NCBI GenBank assembly: GCA_048939245.1
Contig: JBHLPR010000019.1
Span: forward strand, 1 to 37,514
DNA from: Promethearchaeota archaeon
GTDB lineage: Archaea; Asgardarchaeota; Hermodarchaeia; Hermodarchaeales; Hermodarchaeaceae
Direction of reading: 5' to 3'
Length of the DNA stretch: 37,514 bases
The position numbers and the translations under genes were made by a program. The notes under the pieces were generated by a model. That model did no database searches. It worked only from the letters and a program-made list of their open reading frames with translations, and was not told the origin of the DNA. Shown here one piece after another: positions 35,255 to 37,514 of the stretch (position 1 is its first letter; every line of letters begins with the position of its first letter).

Positions 35255-36505
35255 TTAGGATTCATCGGTTGCAGCTTCACCAAGAATCGCTTTTACCTCA
35301 TCAGGAAACTCGATTTCAATGTCCCCACGAAGAATTTTCGATAGTGCTTTTTCAAGCCGTGTTTGGAGCGTTTTCAATCGCGCTGACACTTTGTTAATTT
35401 GTTCCTGAATATGTTTAATTTCCGCTGCTACATCGCGTTTCTCCCATTTGGCACGTTCCAAAGATTTCTCCAATTCCCGTCGCTCATCAACCGAGACGGA
35501 GGACTTTAGTTCAGTTTTCCGAGATTCAAGAGCTGAAAATCGTAGGCGGTACTCATCCAAATTGCCTTTCTCAACCACTTGTCCGCGACTATCAATTACC
35601 TTGCGATTCAGACGCGTTTTGAACTTAATCTTCTTTTTTTCAATTGCATCCACTAACGCGTTTAATCCCGCCTTCAACCGAGAAAGGTCTTCGGTATCTT
35701 TTTGAAAGGCGTGCCATGGATCCGCTGAATAGGCATCAGCGCCTTCCCCCGCTGTTGAAGAAATCATGACCGCTTGTCCCGCCACTTGGCTGAGTTTCTT
35801 GAAGGGTTTTTTGAGAAAATTCAGTTGATTGGTCACCAGCATCCGAATGCTGTCGATTTCGCGTCGGATCTCTTCAATTTCCACCAACCCCGAATCCATT
35901 CGAAATTGCTCAATTCCGTCTTGGTGCTTTTCAACCCGTCCTTCCACTTTTTCACGCTGCCTTTGAAGTTCCACCAACTGCTCCGAGAGGTTCACTAACT
36001 GATGAGATCGGTCTTCTATCTCCTCGACCTCTTCACGGATTAGGTCCACTTGTTTCGGAAGCTTATCTTTTTCCCAGATTTTCTTAATTTTTTGATATCC
36101 TTGGTTAATGGTACGGAATTGGTAATCCAATTCCTTGATAATACGCTTATGCACCTTTGGTAGCCGGCGAATATACCGTTGCCCAGCTAAAGTCACATCG
36201 CGAAGATACCCTTCCAGATCCTGCAATAGTTCCTCCACTGAGGTAAATGTGATTTCTTCAGGAAACTCGATGGTGTCAAACAACACTTTCAAGCGATTCG
36301 CCAGCTTTGCAGCTGCACCTGGCACCGTCATTTCTCCATCAATGACCACTTCTTCGAGCAACTGTTCTGCCGACTCCGTGCTAGCAACCAACGCCTCTTC
36401 AATCCGATCCATCTGTTTCTGAATATCCGCACGGTAATTGAAGAGCAAATCCTTTGTCTGCTCCATAAACCAATCCGGTAATTCATACACATCAATCGAT
36501 GACAC
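35255..36505 (-). CDS. Long coiled-coil hypothetical protein
   Basis: E/K/L/R-rich heptads over most of ~416 aa; no ATPase motif. Confidence 0.8.
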   Translation of the reverse strand: MSSIDVYELPDWFMEQTKDLLFNYRADIQKQMDRIEEALVASTESAEQLLEEVVIDGEMTVPGAAAKLANRLKVLFDTIEFPEEITFTSVEELLQDLEGYLRDVTLAGQRYIRRLPKVHKRIIKELDYQFRTINQGYQKIKKIWEKDKLPKQVDLIREEVEEIEDRSHQLVNLSEQLVELQRQREKVEGRVEKHQDGIEQFRMDSGLVEIEEIRREIDSIRMLVTNQLNFLKKPFKKLSQVAGQAVMISSTAGEGADAYSADPWHAFQKDTEDLSRLKAGLNALVDAIEKKKIKFKTRLNRKVIDSRGQVVEKGNLDEYRLRFSALESRKTELKSSVSVDERRELEKSLERAKWEKRDVAAEIKHIQEQINKVSARLKTLQTRLEKALSKILRGDIEIEFPDEVKAILGEAATDES

Positions 36506-36654
36506 GCCGTTGTCCTCGCAACACCTGAAAAGCCTCATGCATTAAAAAATTACCTCAAGAGAACCTAATCCCACACCCCTCTTAGCAAGACGCGCCAAAA
36601 AGCTTATCAGCGCCACTCCGATAAACAACAATGACGTAGCAAAACACCTGGGAT

Positions 36655-37514
36655 GTGCGGGCCATAATCCACAACGCAATACTTTTTAGCATCAGCCCCC
36701 GCAAAGACGAAGTCGGCCTCCAAGCCAGCGTCATCTTTCGCAAACAATATTGGCGCGTCGACCTTCCCGACGAGCAAATCCGTGAATTCCTTCGCGCCTA
36801 CAAAGAATTCATGAGTCACGTCCAATCCACCGACATCCCCTCCCTCCCCATCCACATCCAAGGCGCCAAATACATCTTCAGCAACATCGAAGATCTTCTC
36901 CTCGTCTTCATCAGCCACATGCAAGACGAAGACAACCGCGTCGCCGAAAAAGTCAAAACCGCCCTCCGCATGATCGTCGGTAAATACGGCACCGAACAAA
37001 CCAAAGAAATCGGCAACAGCGACAACCCCCAACCCCTCGAAGACCTCATCGACAACTACATCATGAGCAAACTCAAAGTCAGCCTCGTCGGCGAAGGCGG
37101 CGTCGGCAAAACCACCCTCCTCCGACTCCTCAAAGGCGGCGCCCCACCCACCGAATACGTCCCCACCATCGCCCTCAGCATCGAACAAATCGAAGCCACC
37201 CGCTACGGCACCTACACCATCATCCTCTGGGACTTCGCCGGCCAAGAACGCTTCCGCCGACTCTGGACCATCTACTTCCGCGGCTCCGACATCGTCTTCA
37301 TCATCACCGACTCCACCCTCAACAACGTCATCGCCACCAAAGAAATCCTCGACGTCATCCGCAAAGACGCCCCCGGCGTCCCCGTCTGGGCCATCGCCAA
37401 CAAACAAGACCTCGAAGGCGCCCTCACCCCCGAACTCGTCGAACGCATCCTCGGCATCCCCGCCTTCGGCATGGTCGCCATCGACCAAAGCCGCAAAGAA
37501 GAAATGATGCAAAT
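36655..37514 (+). CDS. Longin-like domain fused to Arf/Rab-like small GTPase; 3' end runs off the window
   Basis: Not in the ORF track. Manual translation gives IIHNAILFS...AKYIFSNIEDLLLVFISH (longin-like), then KVSLVGEGGVGKTT (G1), YVPTI (G2), LWDFAGQERFRRLW (G3) and ANKQD (G4). Confidence 0.9.
   Translation, partial: MRAIIHNAILFSISPRKDEVGLQASVIFRKQYWRVDLPDEQIREFLRAYKEFMSHVQSTDIPSLPIHIQGAKYIFSNIEDLLLVFISHMQDEDNRVAEKVKTALRMIVGKYGTEQTKEIGNSDNPQPLEDLIDNYIMSKLKVSLVGEGGVGKTTLLRLLKGGAPPTEYVPTIALSIEQIEATRYGTYTIILWDFAGQERFRRLWTIYFRGSDIVFIITDSTLNNVIATKEILDVIRKDAPGVPVWAIANKQDLEGALTPELVERILGIPAFGMVAIDQSRKEEMMQ

Noticed and set aside
35255-36505. SMC/Rad50 call for the coiled-coil protein
   Set aside because: No Walker A/B, signature motif or zinc hook.
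36607-37512. 301-aa minus-strand D/E/G/V-rich ORF
   Set aside because: Antisense shadow of the plus-strand longin-GTPase; the C/A third-position bias removes stops on the opposite strand.
1-37514. CRISPR arrays, IS elements, integrases, defence islands
   Set aside because: No regularly spaced repeats, transposase or integrase motifs, or tRNA 3'-end duplication seen.

Overview
Gene-dense chromosomal window from an archaeon, most likely an Asgard lineage. This is inferred from two roadblock-domain proteins, a longin-small GTPase fusion, an ESCRT-II-like tandem winged-helix protein, ribosomal L13e and an archaeal histone. Most of the window is housekeeping or metabolic: two head-to-head pantoate-kinase paralogs with an ECF S component, HypB, Prs, a LipT-like/LipS2/lipoate ligase/LipS1 lipoate cluster, proteasome beta, two head-to-head R15P isomerase/eIF2B-family paralogs, ferredoxin plus DGGR, GluRS, AK6, a HerA-like ATPase, a NapH-like protein, an SPFH protein, EndA, a DUF47 protein, UppP and an aminotransferase. 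No mobile element or CRISPR array was seen. Main signals outside the ORF track: (1) an unassigned ~132-nt intergenic RNA candidate with a TATA box, a GC-rich closing stem, a C-rich interior with repeated anti-SD motifs and a T-rich end; (2) a tRNA-Gln(CUG) with two introns; (3) extreme local strand skew, with 177 consecutive codons ending only in C/A (Met/Trp excepted) at the right edge and a polarity flip inside the SPFH gene; (4) a perfect 25-bp palindrome centred between the kinase paralogs; (5) a 51-aa membrane microprotein upstream of the NapH-like gene. All calls come from motif recognition by eye; no searches were run.
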